Source: Bacteroidota bacterium
Lineage (GTDB): Bacteria; Bacteroidota; Ignavibacteria; Tepidaquicellales; Tepidaquicellaceae
Assembly (NCBI GenBank): GCA_036782915.1
Contig: DAIPYE010000001.1
Span: 1-53,249, forward strand
Direction of reading: 5' to 3'
Length of the DNA: 53,249 nt
The stretch's first letter is position 1. Each line of letters starts with the position of its first letter. The position numbers and the translations under genes are program-made. Under the pieces are notes generated by a model. The model was not told the DNA's origin. It made no database searches and was given only the letters and a program-made list of their open reading frames with translations. Positions 9,604 to 18,062 of this stretch are shown here, in pieces.

Positions 9604-10650
9604 TTAATTCTTTTGTAATGAAAGTTCTATTATTTTTTCAATTAATTCATTGAATGTCATTCCGTTTGCTTTCGCAGATTTTGGAACCAGCGACGTATCT
9701 GTCATTCCCGGCAGCGTGTTCACTTCCAGACAATAAAGTCTGTTTTTCTCATCTAAAATAAAATCCACTCTTGAATAAACTGAACATCCAAGAGCATTAT
9801 GTGCCTTTAAAGCAGCTTCTTTTGCTTTGATTTCTATTTCCGGGGAAATATCTGCCGGACAGAAATATTCTGTCATTCCCTTTGTATATTTATGCTCATA
9901 ATCGTAAAATCCGCCTTTTGGTCTTATCTCAACCACCGGATAAGCTTCATTTCCAATCACAGGAACAGTAAACTCTCTGCCTTTTATATATTGCTCAATT
10001 AATATTTTTTCCGAATAATTGAACGCATTTTCAATTGCATTCGGCAATTGAATGTCTTCAACATCATTCTGAACAATCGACAGACCTACCGTGCTTCCTT
10101 CGTCATTTGGCTTTACAACACAGGGATATCCTACAGAATTTAAAATATTCTCATTAATATCAATTGAATTTATTTCAGTATTTTTGTTTAACATAAGCCA
10201 GGCCGGAGTATTTATTCCTGCTGAATTTAAAATTATCTTGGAAACATCTTTATCCATTGCAAGGGCTGATGCAAAAACTCCCGAACCTGTATATTTCAAC
10301 CCACGTAATTCAAGCAGAGTCTGAATTCTTCCGTCTTCACCGAATTTTCCATGCACACCGAGAAATACCAGATCTGTTTTGTCATTATCAAATATTTCAG
10401 AATTAATACAGTTTAAAATATTTTTATCAGAAGTTTTATGAATTTCAGTAAGTTTTTGAACAGAGGGTGAATGTTTGCTTATTGAATCTCCAAAGACTTG
10501 CTCTTCGCTTATTATTTTATCGCCGTAAATAGGGTCAATTAATTTTACATTATGTCCGGAATCGCGTAAAGCTTTTAAAATACACTTACTTGAAGCTATC
10601 GAAACTTCACGTTCGGCTGACGGTCCGCCTGTTATCAGAATTATATTCAA
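9604..10650 (-). CDS. ddl: D-alanine--D-alanine ligase
   Basis: 348-aa ATP-grasp protein. Motifs GGPSAEREVS, GVHGKFGEDGRIQTLLE and LEVNTLPGMT. Confidence 0.92.
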   Translation of the reverse strand: MNIILITGGPSAEREVSIASSKCILKALRDSGHNVKLIDPIYGDKIISEEQVFGDSISKHSPSVQKLTEIHKTSDKNILNCINSEIFDNDKTDLVFLGVHGKFGEDGRIQTLLELRGLKYTGSGVFASALAMDKDVSKIILNSAGINTPAWLMLNKNTEINSIDINENILNSVGYPCVVKPNDEGSTVGLSIVQNDVEDIQLPNAIENAFNYSEKILIEQYIKGREFTVPVIGNEAYPVVEIRPKGGFYDYEHKYTKGMTEYFCPADISPEIEIKAKEAALKAHNALGCSVYSRVDFILDEKNRLYCLEVNTLPGMTDTSLVPKSAKANGMTFNELIEKIIELSLQKN

Positions 10651-10887
10651 ATACTGTAGAAAATTTTAATAATATACTGATTTCAGATAAGTATAAAAAT
10701 GTTATTTCTAATAATTATTTGAGTTATTTCGTCATAATGTTGGGTAGTAAAATAGCTTGTTTAGTCTTAAATTCTGCTTTTTTTAAAACTTTATTTAATT
10801 TGAATAATTACCCAAATAAATTAGTTAATTTCAATATTTTAAAAACCTAGGATGACCGTTTTAAAAATAAGATCAGAAGAATAATAA

Positions 10888-10977
10888 CCACTAATTGCTC
10901 GAATTAACACAAATTTAAATGATTATTTATTTAAGCAACGCTTTGTTAAAATTTATGAAAATTTGTGTAATTTGTGG
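10888..10977. repeat. Imperfect palindromic element A (two AATTTGTG words on the right arm, their complements on the left)
   Basis: Left arm: CCACTAATT (10888-10896) and ACACAAATTT (10907-10916). Right arm: AAATTTGTGT (10959-10968) and AATTTGTGG (10969-10977). The architecture resembles the element at 48220-48282. Confidence 0.55.
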
Positions 10978-11200
10978 CAAAAAATAATTTTAAAAAATAT
11001 TAGCGATCAGTTTAAGTTTATACAGCAATAGTCAGTTTTCGCGGAGTTTAGATGAGATTCGACATTTTAATGATATTTTTGATAATTGAAGTTTTGGATT
11101 TTCAGGATACTACAAATGGAAAAATTATTTTGTGAATTATTAAATTGCTTTTGTTTATATTTGCTTCACAAAAATCAACAAAATTTCTGAAACCTCTGTT

Positions 11201-11560
11201 TTGAAACTGTTAAATAAAATATTATGCACAGGAATGATTTTAATATTATTCCTTAACGTCAATTATCTGGCTGTTTATTATACATTATATGTTGTAAATA
11301 CAGAGTCCCTTACAAAAAGCTGTTGTGAAATGATCGTCGATAACTGCAATGCGCATTGTTATCTTGATAAAAAAATGAGTGAAGAGAGTGACAGTAAAAA
11401 CGGAATTACAGTTGAAATGAAATTAAAACTTTCCGAATTTCAGATATCCAAAGAAAATTCAAATTTCAACAATTCAGGAAATCATAAATTTGTCAATGGA
11501 AATTCAAAATTAATGAAAACTCTTTTTTTTCCTAAAATAGAACATCCTCCCAGGTCTTAG
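11201..11560 (+). CDS. Hypothetical small membrane-anchored Cys-rich protein
   Basis: 119 aa with a TTG start. One N-terminal TM helix, then SCCEMIVDNCNAHCY (four Cys within 13 residues) and a C-terminal HPP. First gene of a co-directional three-gene cluster. No family could be assigned from the sequence alone. Confidence 0.5.
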   Translation: MKLLNKILCTGMILILFLNVNYLAVYYTLYVVNTESLTKSCCEMIVDNCNAHCYLDKKMSEESDSKNGITVEMKLKLSEFQISKENSNFNNSGNHKFVNGNSKLMKTLFFPKIEHPPRS

Positions 11561-11606
11561 CAATTTTTAATTATCATAATCTTAACAATTTATATTTTTA
11601 ATTTAA

Positions 11607-11632
11607 CTGCATTGCAGATAATCTGCATTGCA
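11607..11632. promoter_or_regulatory. Direct repeat CTGCATTGCA x2 (candidate operator or hairpin) upstream of the lipoprotein gene
   Basis: Exact 10-mer at 11607-11616 and 11623-11632, a 16-bp offset. It can also fold as CATTGCAG/CTGCATTG (7 of 8 pairs). It lies 38 bp upstream of the ATG at 11670. Confidence 0.35.
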
Positions 11633-11669
11633 ATAAACTCATTTAATTTAAACTTTTTAATTAAAAAAC

Positions 11670-12509
11670 ATGACTATTAAAATTGCTATTTCCAAAATAT
11701 TATTGCTCTTAATTTTTATAACATCGTCATTTTTCATTATCTCATGTTCTGACGATTCAGACCCGGCAGCACCTCCAGTAAACGTAATACCAGAACCAAA
11801 TATGTCTTCATATTTAGCTATAAACTCAGGATATGTGGAAGGCGCACAAGCATTTTTATCTTTATATGCTGATGATTCACTAAGAACTGGATACAATAAA
11901 CTGTATTTTGTTTTACATGATTCTTTGACAGGATTAGTGATGTCTGATGCTCACATAACCATTAATCCTCTGAATCATGGTCATGCAGCACCGGCGGAAA
12001 ATCCTGATGAAGATGCTCCGAATGGAATATTTACGGGAGCAATAGTTTATACACAGTCATTTACAGATGATCCGCTGCACTGGCATTTAACATTTACAGT
12101 TCATAATCATCAGGCTACAGGCGAACCGGAAGGAGAAATTGAATTTGAAACTCCTGTTATTTTAGCAAATCCGGAAGGATTCAAGTCTATCATTATGCCG
12201 GACAGTTCGGCTTTATATCTTTCCTACATTGCTCCGGAGATACCTGCGAACGGAATGAATGATTTTGAATTTCTGATAAATAAGAATGAACCGGAACTAT
12301 ATCCGCCGGACGGAACATATTCTGTAATAGTTACTCCTGAATTTTTAAGTAACGGTCACACAACTACAAATAATGTGAATCCGGCCGGGCAAACTGACGG
12401 ACATTATACAGGGAAAATAAATTTAGACCAGCCCGGTGCATGGAGAATCAAATTAAATCTATCAAAAAACGGAAATTCCTATGACACCTATTTTGATGTC
12501 AGCTATTAA
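11670..12509 (+). CDS. Hypothetical His-rich lipoprotein with two YtkA/FixH-like Ig-fold repeats
   Basis: Lipobox FFIISC. Two segments fit the G-x-Y...G-x-W pattern of YtkA/FixH-type domains (NGIFTGAIVY...HWHLTFTV and DGHYTGKINLDQPGAWRIKLNL). His clusters: NHGHAAP, HWHLTFTVHNH. The domain assignment is by eye only. Confidence 0.6.
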   Translation: MTIKIAISKILLLLIFITSSFFIISCSDDSDPAAPPVNVIPEPNMSSYLAINSGYVEGAQAFLSLYADDSLRTGYNKLYFVLHDSLTGLVMSDAHITINPLNHGHAAPAENPDEDAPNGIFTGAIVYTQSFTDDPLHWHLTFTVHNHQATGEPEGEIEFETPVILANPEGFKSIIMPDSSALYLSYIAPEIPANGMNDFEFLINKNEPELYPPDGTYSVIVTPEFLSNGHTTTNNVNPAGQTDGHYTGKINLDQPGAWRIKLNLSKNGNSYDTYFDVSY

Positions 12510-12519
12510 AACTTTAAAA

Positions 12520-13545
12520 ATGAAAGCTATACTAATATTAATTATTTCAATTATTTTCAGCTCATCTTTAAGAGCTGAAAATAAACCTAAACTTGATTTT
12601 CTGAAAAAGAATCTTAAGCTGTCTGATATATCTGAAAAAACTGATATATCTGAAAAAACTGATATAGCTGATAAGTCTGATATAGCTGATATTAACTGTG
12701 ATCTTTGCGGATGTTATATGGGACTTGAACCGAATTTTTCTAAAAATTCTGTTGGCGTAAGATATTCTGTATTTAAATTTTATACACCTGCACATGCTGA
12801 CCCAGATCCGGAGCTGGATCATCCGGTAAGCAGTTCCGCATCAACTGAATACTATAATAACATAGAACTGTTTTTCAGATATTATTTCACACCTAAATTC
12901 AGGATAATTGCAACAATACCATATTCATTCAATGAAATAGATTCACTAGATCTGAATGGATTCGGAGACATAGTAGCACTGGCTCAATATCAAATATACA
13001 ACACCGATATGAAGGCAACTACAAATTTCTGGCAGAGAATTTTCCTCGGCGGAGGATTCAAGATCCCGACAGGAGTTTACAATAAATCACTTGTTTATCC
13101 ACCGGTTACTGAGCCTCATTTTCAGCCGGGCACGGGAAGTTTTGATTTCTTATTTTCAGGACTTTATATTGCAAAGCTTGAGAATAACGGACTTGGATGG
13201 AGAAATGATGTAGTATATACTATCACTACTGAGAATAAAAACGGATACAGATTTTCAAACAGATTCAACTTTGCGTCTACATTCACTTACGAAATCGATA
13301 CAGAATCACTGGTTTTTTTGCCGCACGCCGGGATCTATCTTGAAACCGCCGGTAAAGATACACAGGAAGGAGTATATGTTGAAGATTCTGGAGGTGATGC
13401 ATTTTTCGGAACCGGTGGTATAGATTTCTATTACGGAGACTATTCACTGGATTTTAATTATACATTTCCTATAAGTGAATCACTAAACGGTGATCAGCCG
13501 GGCAATGAATTCCGGCTTTTTGTCGGACTTGGGTTTGCTTTTTAA
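12520..13545 (+). CDS. Hypothetical outer-membrane beta-barrel protein with N-terminal repeat and CDLCGC motif
   Basis: Signal peptide MKAILILIISIIFSSSLRA. Then (DISEKT)2-DIADKS-DIADIN, then CDLCGCYMG. The body shows alternating amphipathic strands rich in G, Y and F, and ends FVGLGFAF (C-terminal Phe beta-signal). The ORF track starts at 12481, overlapping the upstream gene; the ATG at 12520 gives a clean signal peptide. Confidence 0.65.
   Translation: MKAILILIISIIFSSSLRAENKPKLDFLKKNLKLSDISEKTDISEKTDIADKSDIADINCDLCGCYMGLEPNFSKNSVGVRYSVFKFYTPAHADPDPELDHPVSSSASTEYYNNIELFFRYYFTPKFRIIATIPYSFNEIDSLDLNGFGDIVALAQYQIYNTDMKATTNFWQRIFLGGGFKIPTGVYNKSLVYPPVTEPHFQPGTGSFDFLFSGLYIAKLENNGLGWRNDVVYTITTENKNGYRFSNRFNFASTFTYEIDTESLVFLPHAGIYLETAGKDTQEGVYVEDSGGDAFFGTGGIDFYYGDYSLDFNYTFPISESLNGDQPGNEFRLFVGLGFAF
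12625..12696. repeat. Four 18-bp in-frame tandem repeats inside the barrel gene
   Basis: GATATATCTGAAAAAACT x2 (12625-12660), then GATATAGCTGATAAGTCT and GATATAGCTGATATTAAC. Confidence 0.9.
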
Positions 13546-13580
13546 ATACCTAAGCATTAAAAAAATCAAATTACAAAAAA

Positions 13581-13607
13581 AGTGAAGTGCAAGCTTCACT
13601 TTTTTTA
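13581..13607 (+). terminator. Rho-independent terminator (bidirectional shape) after the three-gene cluster
   Basis: AAAAAAA-GTGAAG-tgcaag-CTTCAC-TTTTTTT. A 6-bp GC-containing stem flanked by an A-run and a T-run, 36 bp after the stop at 13545. Confidence 0.75.
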
Positions 13608-13755
13608 TGTCAAATTACGACTATATAGCCGGTATGAAAAAAATTTCAATTTGTTTTTTCAAATTGTAAGAAGATAAGAATTTTAAGGAGAACAACTAAA
13701 TCAATTCAATAGAATCTTTCTTTCAAATTGAGTAATTTAGAAAAAAAATATTTTA

Positions 13756-14463
13756 ATGAAAAAAGAACTGATTTACGAAGGTAAAGCTAAGAAAATTTAT
13801 AGAACAGAAAATGAAGATGAATATATGCAGGAGTTTAAAGATGATGCCACAGCATTTAACGGATTAAAAAAAGACAAGATACCTCATAAAGGAGAGTTGA
13901 ATAATGAAATATCTTCCCTGATTTTTGAACATCTGAAGGGAAATGCTATTCCGACACACTTTCTGGAAAAAATTTCTTCAACTGAAATGCTTGTAAAAAA
14001 AGTAAACATCATCAAGATTGAAGTTGTATGCAGAAATATTGCTGCGGGAAGTCTAGTAAAAAAGTATGGCTTTAAGGAGGGAACTGAGCTAATTAAACCA
14101 ATTATAGAATACTATCTGAAATCTGATGAACTCGGCGATCCTCTTTTTAATGATGATCATATATTTGCATTAAAACTTGCAAATGAAGAAGATCTTGATA
14201 CTATCAGAAAAATGACAGAGTATATTAATGAGATATTGAAAAAATTCTTCTTGGAAAACGGAATAAAGTTAGTGGATTTTAAGCTTGAATTCGGAAAAGA
14301 TGATTTCGGGAATATACTTTTAGCAGATGAAATATCACCGGATACATGCAGACTTTGGGATTCAAAAACCGATAAGAAACTGGATAAAGATCGATTCAGA
14401 TTTGATATGGGAGAAGTGGAAGAAGCATATCAGGAAATAAAAAAACGATTAATTAAAAACTAA
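13756..14463 (+). CDS. purC: Phosphoribosylaminoimidazole-succinocarboxamide synthase
   Basis: 235 aa. Motifs YEGKAKKIY and LADEISPDTCRLWD. Confidence 0.93.
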   Translation: MKKELIYEGKAKKIYRTENEDEYMQEFKDDATAFNGLKKDKIPHKGELNNEISSLIFEHLKGNAIPTHFLEKISSTEMLVKKVNIIKIEVVCRNIAAGSLVKKYGFKEGTELIKPIIEYYLKSDELGDPLFNDDHIFALKLANEEDLDTIRKMTEYINEILKKFFLENGIKLVDFKLEFGKDDFGNILLADEISPDTCRLWDSKTDKKLDKDRFRFDMGEVEEAYQEIKKRLIKN

Positions 14464-14464
14464 T

Positions 14465-15139
14465 TTGATAAAGCTTACACCTTACGGTAAAGATGTTATA
14501 ATTAAAGTATTTATTTTTATTTTAGTTTTAATTTTTTCATTATTTTTTATCAACAGTAATATTCTCAAAGTATTCATTTTAATTATCTGCATATTTTTCT
14601 GGATATTCACACTATATTTTTTTCGTGATCCTGAAAGGAAATTACCATCCGGATATAAAAGTAATCAGATCATTTCACCAGGGGACGGGAAGGTAGTAGT
14701 AATTGAAAATGTAATAAATAAATATAAAAACATTTTTGATGAAGGTGAGGAACTGGTACAGATAAGCATATTTCTTTCACCGTTGAATGTACATGTTAAC
14801 AGAATTCCGCTGAACGGAATTGTAAAATATCTGAGTTACATTAAAGGTGATTACATTGTGGCATTTGATCATAAATCATCCGAACGAAATGAAAGATCTG
14901 AAATAGGCATTGAAAATTTTTCAACAGGAAACAAAATTTTATTCAAGCAGATAGCCGGGTTTGTAGCAAGAAGGATAGTTTATGACATCAGTGAAGGAAA
15001 TGAAGTATATGCCGGAGACCGTTTTGGAATGATAAAATTCGGTTCCAGAGTTGATATTTTTATAAAAAGAAATTCGAAAATATTAGTCAGCATCAATCAA
15101 AAAGTAACCGGCGGCGAATCAATTATAGCTGAGTTTTAA
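14465..15139 (+). CDS. psd: Phosphatidylserine decarboxylase proenzyme (short form)
   Basis: 224 aa with a TTG start. Two N-terminal TM helices, FFRDPER, and the FGSRVD (Gly-Ser self-cleavage type) motif. Immediately followed by pssA. Confidence 0.85.
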   Translation: MIKLTPYGKDVIIKVFIFILVLIFSLFFINSNILKVFILIICIFFWIFTLYFFRDPERKLPSGYKSNQIISPGDGKVVVIENVINKYKNIFDEGEELVQISIFLSPLNVHVNRIPLNGIVKYLSYIKGDYIVAFDHKSSERNERSEIGIENFSTGNKILFKQIAGFVARRIVYDISEGNEVYAGDRFGMIKFGSRVDIFIKRNSKILVSINQKVTGGESIIAEF

Positions 15140-15901
15140 ATGTTTGTATCGAGAAAATTCATACCGAGTTTATTTACCATTCTGAATGCCTTTTGCGGAT
15201 TTCTGTCAATAATACATTCATCGAACGGCGACTTTGCAATTGCAGCATTGTTCATAATTTATGCAACTTTGTTTGACGCAGTGGACGGGCTGGCAGCCCG
15301 TCTTACCAACTCATCCAGCGAATTCGGAGTAGAGCTTGATTCATTATCCGACGTGATCTCCTTCGGAGCTGCACCATCTTTTCTTATCTATAAAATTTAC
15401 TTAAATGAATCAGGAGATATTGGAATTGTGATTTCCTCACTGATCATGGTTTTTGCCGCATTGCGTCTTGCAAGATTTAACGTGCAGCTTGTGGGCTTTG
15501 ACAAAGATAAATTCAACGGACTACCTGCTCCGATGTCAGCATTAACAATTGTCTGTTATATTATATTTTATCATGACAAAATATTTTCTCCTGAAACCAG
15601 TGAAATTTTCATTACTATACTGGCTGTTGCATTGCCTGTTTTAATGGTCAGCAAAATTAAATATGAAAGCCTTCCAAAACCATCTTTAAATTCCATCAAA
15701 AAAAATCCGGCTGTTTTCATAATTCTGTTTATTGGGATTGTTATTACTGTTGCAACTAACGGAGAAGGGTCTTTTTCATTCTGCCTGTTTTATATTTTCA
15801 GCGGAATTTTCACAGGATTGAAAAATCTGATCTTTAAAAAAAATAAAATAAAAGAAAAAGAAGATTCTGAAGAGCAATTCGATATTAAAAAAACAAAATA
15901 A
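15140..15901 (+). CDS. pssA: CDP-diacylglycerol--serine O-phosphatidyltransferase
   Basis: CDP-alcohol phosphatidyltransferase motif DAVDGLAARLTNSSSEFGVELDSLSD. Multi-TM protein. Its ATG abuts the psd stop. Confidence 0.88.
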   Translation: MFVSRKFIPSLFTILNAFCGFLSIIHSSNGDFAIAALFIIYATLFDAVDGLAARLTNSSSEFGVELDSLSDVISFGAAPSFLIYKIYLNESGDIGIVISSLIMVFAALRLARFNVQLVGFDKDKFNGLPAPMSALTIVCYIIFYHDKIFSPETSEIFITILAVALPVLMVSKIKYESLPKPSLNSIKKNPAVFIILFIGIVITVATNGEGSFSFCLFYIFSGIFTGLKNLIFKKNKIKEKEDSEEQFDIKKTK

Positions 15902-15904
15902 TTT

Positions 15905-17062
15905 CTACTTAACTTTAATCAATTCCGAAAGAAATTTAATTAAATTATCTGTCTCTTCTATTGTATTTTCTCTGCCGAAAGAAATTCTCAGTGAACCAAG
16001 TGCAGATAATCTGTCCCGTCCCAGTTCTGTAAGAACATGTGACGGCTGATGAGTTCCAGAAGTACATGCTGAACCTCCGGAAAGTGCAATTCCTTTAAGA
16101 TCCATTTGAATCAGTATCATTTCCTCATCATACAAAAGCTTAGACCTGTCAAATGAAATGTTTACTATATTCGGTAGAGAAGAAGAACCCTGTAAAGAAT
16201 TGAATAAAACAGATTCAGCAAATTTTTCTTTCAGATTTTTTATAAGATGTTCCTTAAGAGTATTGTAATGAAGTATATCATTCTTCATCTTTAAATTTAG
16301 TAGTTCAACAGACTTTTTAAATCCTGCAACAGCAGCAATATTTTCTGTGCCGCCTCTCATATCCCTTTCCTGTTTTCCACCGTGAATAAATTTTTCCACT
16401 GGTGTCTTATCTTTTATATATAATGCTGCAATTCCCTTTGGACCGTATATTTTGTGAGCCGACAAAGTTGCGAAATTGACATTCAGATCTTTTACATTAA
16501 ACTCAGTCTTGCCGATGCTTTGTACAGAATCAGTATGAACTAAAACACCAGATTCTTCAGCTATAAAAGAAATTTTTTCGATGTCATTTATTACACCTGT
16601 TTCATTATTGGAATGCATTATAGAAATTAAAAAAGTCTTCGGATTAATATTTGATTTAATTTCATCAGTTGAAATAATTCCTTTCTCATCCGGCTTAATA
16701 TATGTTGCCTTGAAATTGAATTTAGTTTCAAGATATTTCACAGTGTCAAGTACTGCAAGATGTTCAATAGAAGAAGTTATAATATGATTTTTTTCTGACC
16801 CTAAATTTTTAAATGCTGTTCCTTTAAGAGCAAAATTGTTTGATTCTGTTCCGCTGTTTGTGAAAAAAATTTCTTTTGGACTGGCTCCAATGAATCCGGC
16901 GACAGTATCTCTTGCATCTTCCAGAAGAACCTTTGTGGATTTACCAAAAAAATGATTTGATGAAGGATTGCCGTAATTTTCCTTTAAATATGGAAGCATA
17001 CAATCAAGCACTTCACTGTCTATTTTTGTAGTTGCGGCATTATCAAAATAAATTCTGTTCAA
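15905..17062 (-). CDS. Cysteine desulfurase (NifS/IscS family, class V aminotransferase)
   Basis: 385 aa. PLP-lysine motif SAHKIYGPKG and catalytic loop GGSACTSG. Confidence 0.9.
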   Translation of the reverse strand: MNRIYFDNAATTKIDSEVLDCMLPYLKENYGNPSSNHFFGKSTKVLLEDARDTVAGFIGASPKEIFFTNSGTESNNFALKGTAFKNLGSEKNHIITSSIEHLAVLDTVKYLETKFNFKATYIKPDEKGIISTDEIKSNINPKTFLISIMHSNNETGVINDIEKISFIAEESGVLVHTDSVQSIGKTEFNVKDLNVNFATLSAHKIYGPKGIAALYIKDKTPVEKFIHGGKQERDMRGGTENIAAVAGFKKSVELLNLKMKNDILHYNTLKEHLIKNLKEKFAESVLFNSLQGSSSLPNIVNISFDRSKLLYDEEMILIQMDLKGIALSGGSACTSGTHQPSHVLTELGRDRLSALGSLRISFGRENTIEETDNLIKFLSELIKVK

Positions 17063-17131
17063 TTACAGTTCTGAGTTTTTATTGTTAATTTAATTATTAC
17101 TTTTATTTTTTAATTTGATTATTTTCAAACC

Positions 17132-17683
17132 GTGCAAATAAAAAAAGAGCTTTTTTACGTTTCAAATCTGATCTCAATACTGAGAATTGTATTGCTGTTT
17201 CCCGTTTGTTATCTGCTGTTAACTGATTTTACCGGTGAAAATACACTAATAATAATTTTAGTTCTATGTATGTATTTTTCAGATTTACTTGACGGATATC
17301 TTGCCCGTAAACTCGATCAGGTTTCAGAATTCGGTAAAATAATTGACCCGCTAGCAGATAAAATTTCTGTAATCGCAATTGCATTAATACTCGCTTATCT
17401 GAATAAGATCCCGATCTGGTTTTTGCTTATTGTTGTTATCAGGGATGTCCTTATATTCGGATTCGGAATTTATCTTAACAGGAAAAAAGATATCCGGCTT
17501 ATGTCAAACTTTCCCGGAAAAATAGCAGTATTCAGCATCGGGCTTATAATTTTATTTGCAATTATTAATAATCCGATGTTACTTAAAATCAATTCGTATT
17601 TATATTTCATTTCACTCGGATTAATATTTTATTCATCCGTTTTATATTTTAAGAGATTCAAAGAAACTATTAATAGAAAATAA
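17132..17683 (+). CDS. pgsA: CDP-alcohol phosphatidyltransferase, PgsA-like
   Basis: 183 aa with a GTG start. Motif DLLDGYLARKLDQVSEFGKIIDPLADK. Four to five TM helices. Confidence 0.7.
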   Translation: MQIKKELFYVSNLISILRIVLLFPVCYLLLTDFTGENTLIIILVLCMYFSDLLDGYLARKLDQVSEFGKIIDPLADKISVIAIALILAYLNKIPIWFLLIVVIRDVLIFGFGIYLNRKKDIRLMSNFPGKIAVFSIGLIILFAIINNPMLLKINSYLYFISLGLIFYSSVLYFKRFKETINRK

Positions 17684-17703
17684 ATTTTCACAATTATCAA
17701 AGA

Positions 17704-18054
17704 ATGGAAATATCCGAACAGAAACCTGCGAAAAATAAATCACGTGTAAAAACATTTACCCGCAAAGATCTTGAAAATAAAATTTCCGATAAACTTATAG
17801 GAAAGAAACTTACTGAAAAAATTATAGCCGATTCATTTTTCAATTCCCTGAGTGAATTGCTGTTTGAGGCAGATCCGGTAATCAGAATTGAGATAAGGGA
17901 TTTTGGTGTATTTGAAGTGAAGAAGACAAAAGCAAAACCTAAAGCAAGAAATATTAAGACCGGTGAATTTGTGTTTGTTCCGGAAAGGAGAAAAATTCAT
18001 TTTAAACCGGGAAAAAATATAAAACAATTTTTGAAAAAGAAAATCAACAGTTAA
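17704..18054 (+). CDS. HU/IHF-family DNA-binding protein
   Basis: 116 aa. The IRDFGVFEVKKTKAKPKARNIKTGEFVFVPERRKIHFKPGK segment matches the beta-arm region of HU/IHF. Confidence 0.7.
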   Translation: MEISEQKPAKNKSRVKTFTRKDLENKISDKLIGKKLTEKIIADSFFNSLSELLFEADPVIRIEIRDFGVFEVKKTKAKPKARNIKTGEFVFVPERRKIHFKPGKNIKQFLKKKINS

Positions 18055-18062
18055 ACTTTAAA

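Noticed and set aside
11657-11896. 79-aa minus-strand ORF overlapping the start of the lipoprotein gene.
   Set aside because: It is antisense to a plus-strand ORF that has a canonical lipoprotein signal peptide and sits in an operon context. It has no signal of its own.
12481-12519. 13-aa N-terminal extension of the barrel ORF (track start 12481).
   Set aside because: It overlaps the upstream lipoprotein gene by 29 nt. The ATG at 12520 starts a textbook signal peptide (MKAILILIISIIFSSSLRA).
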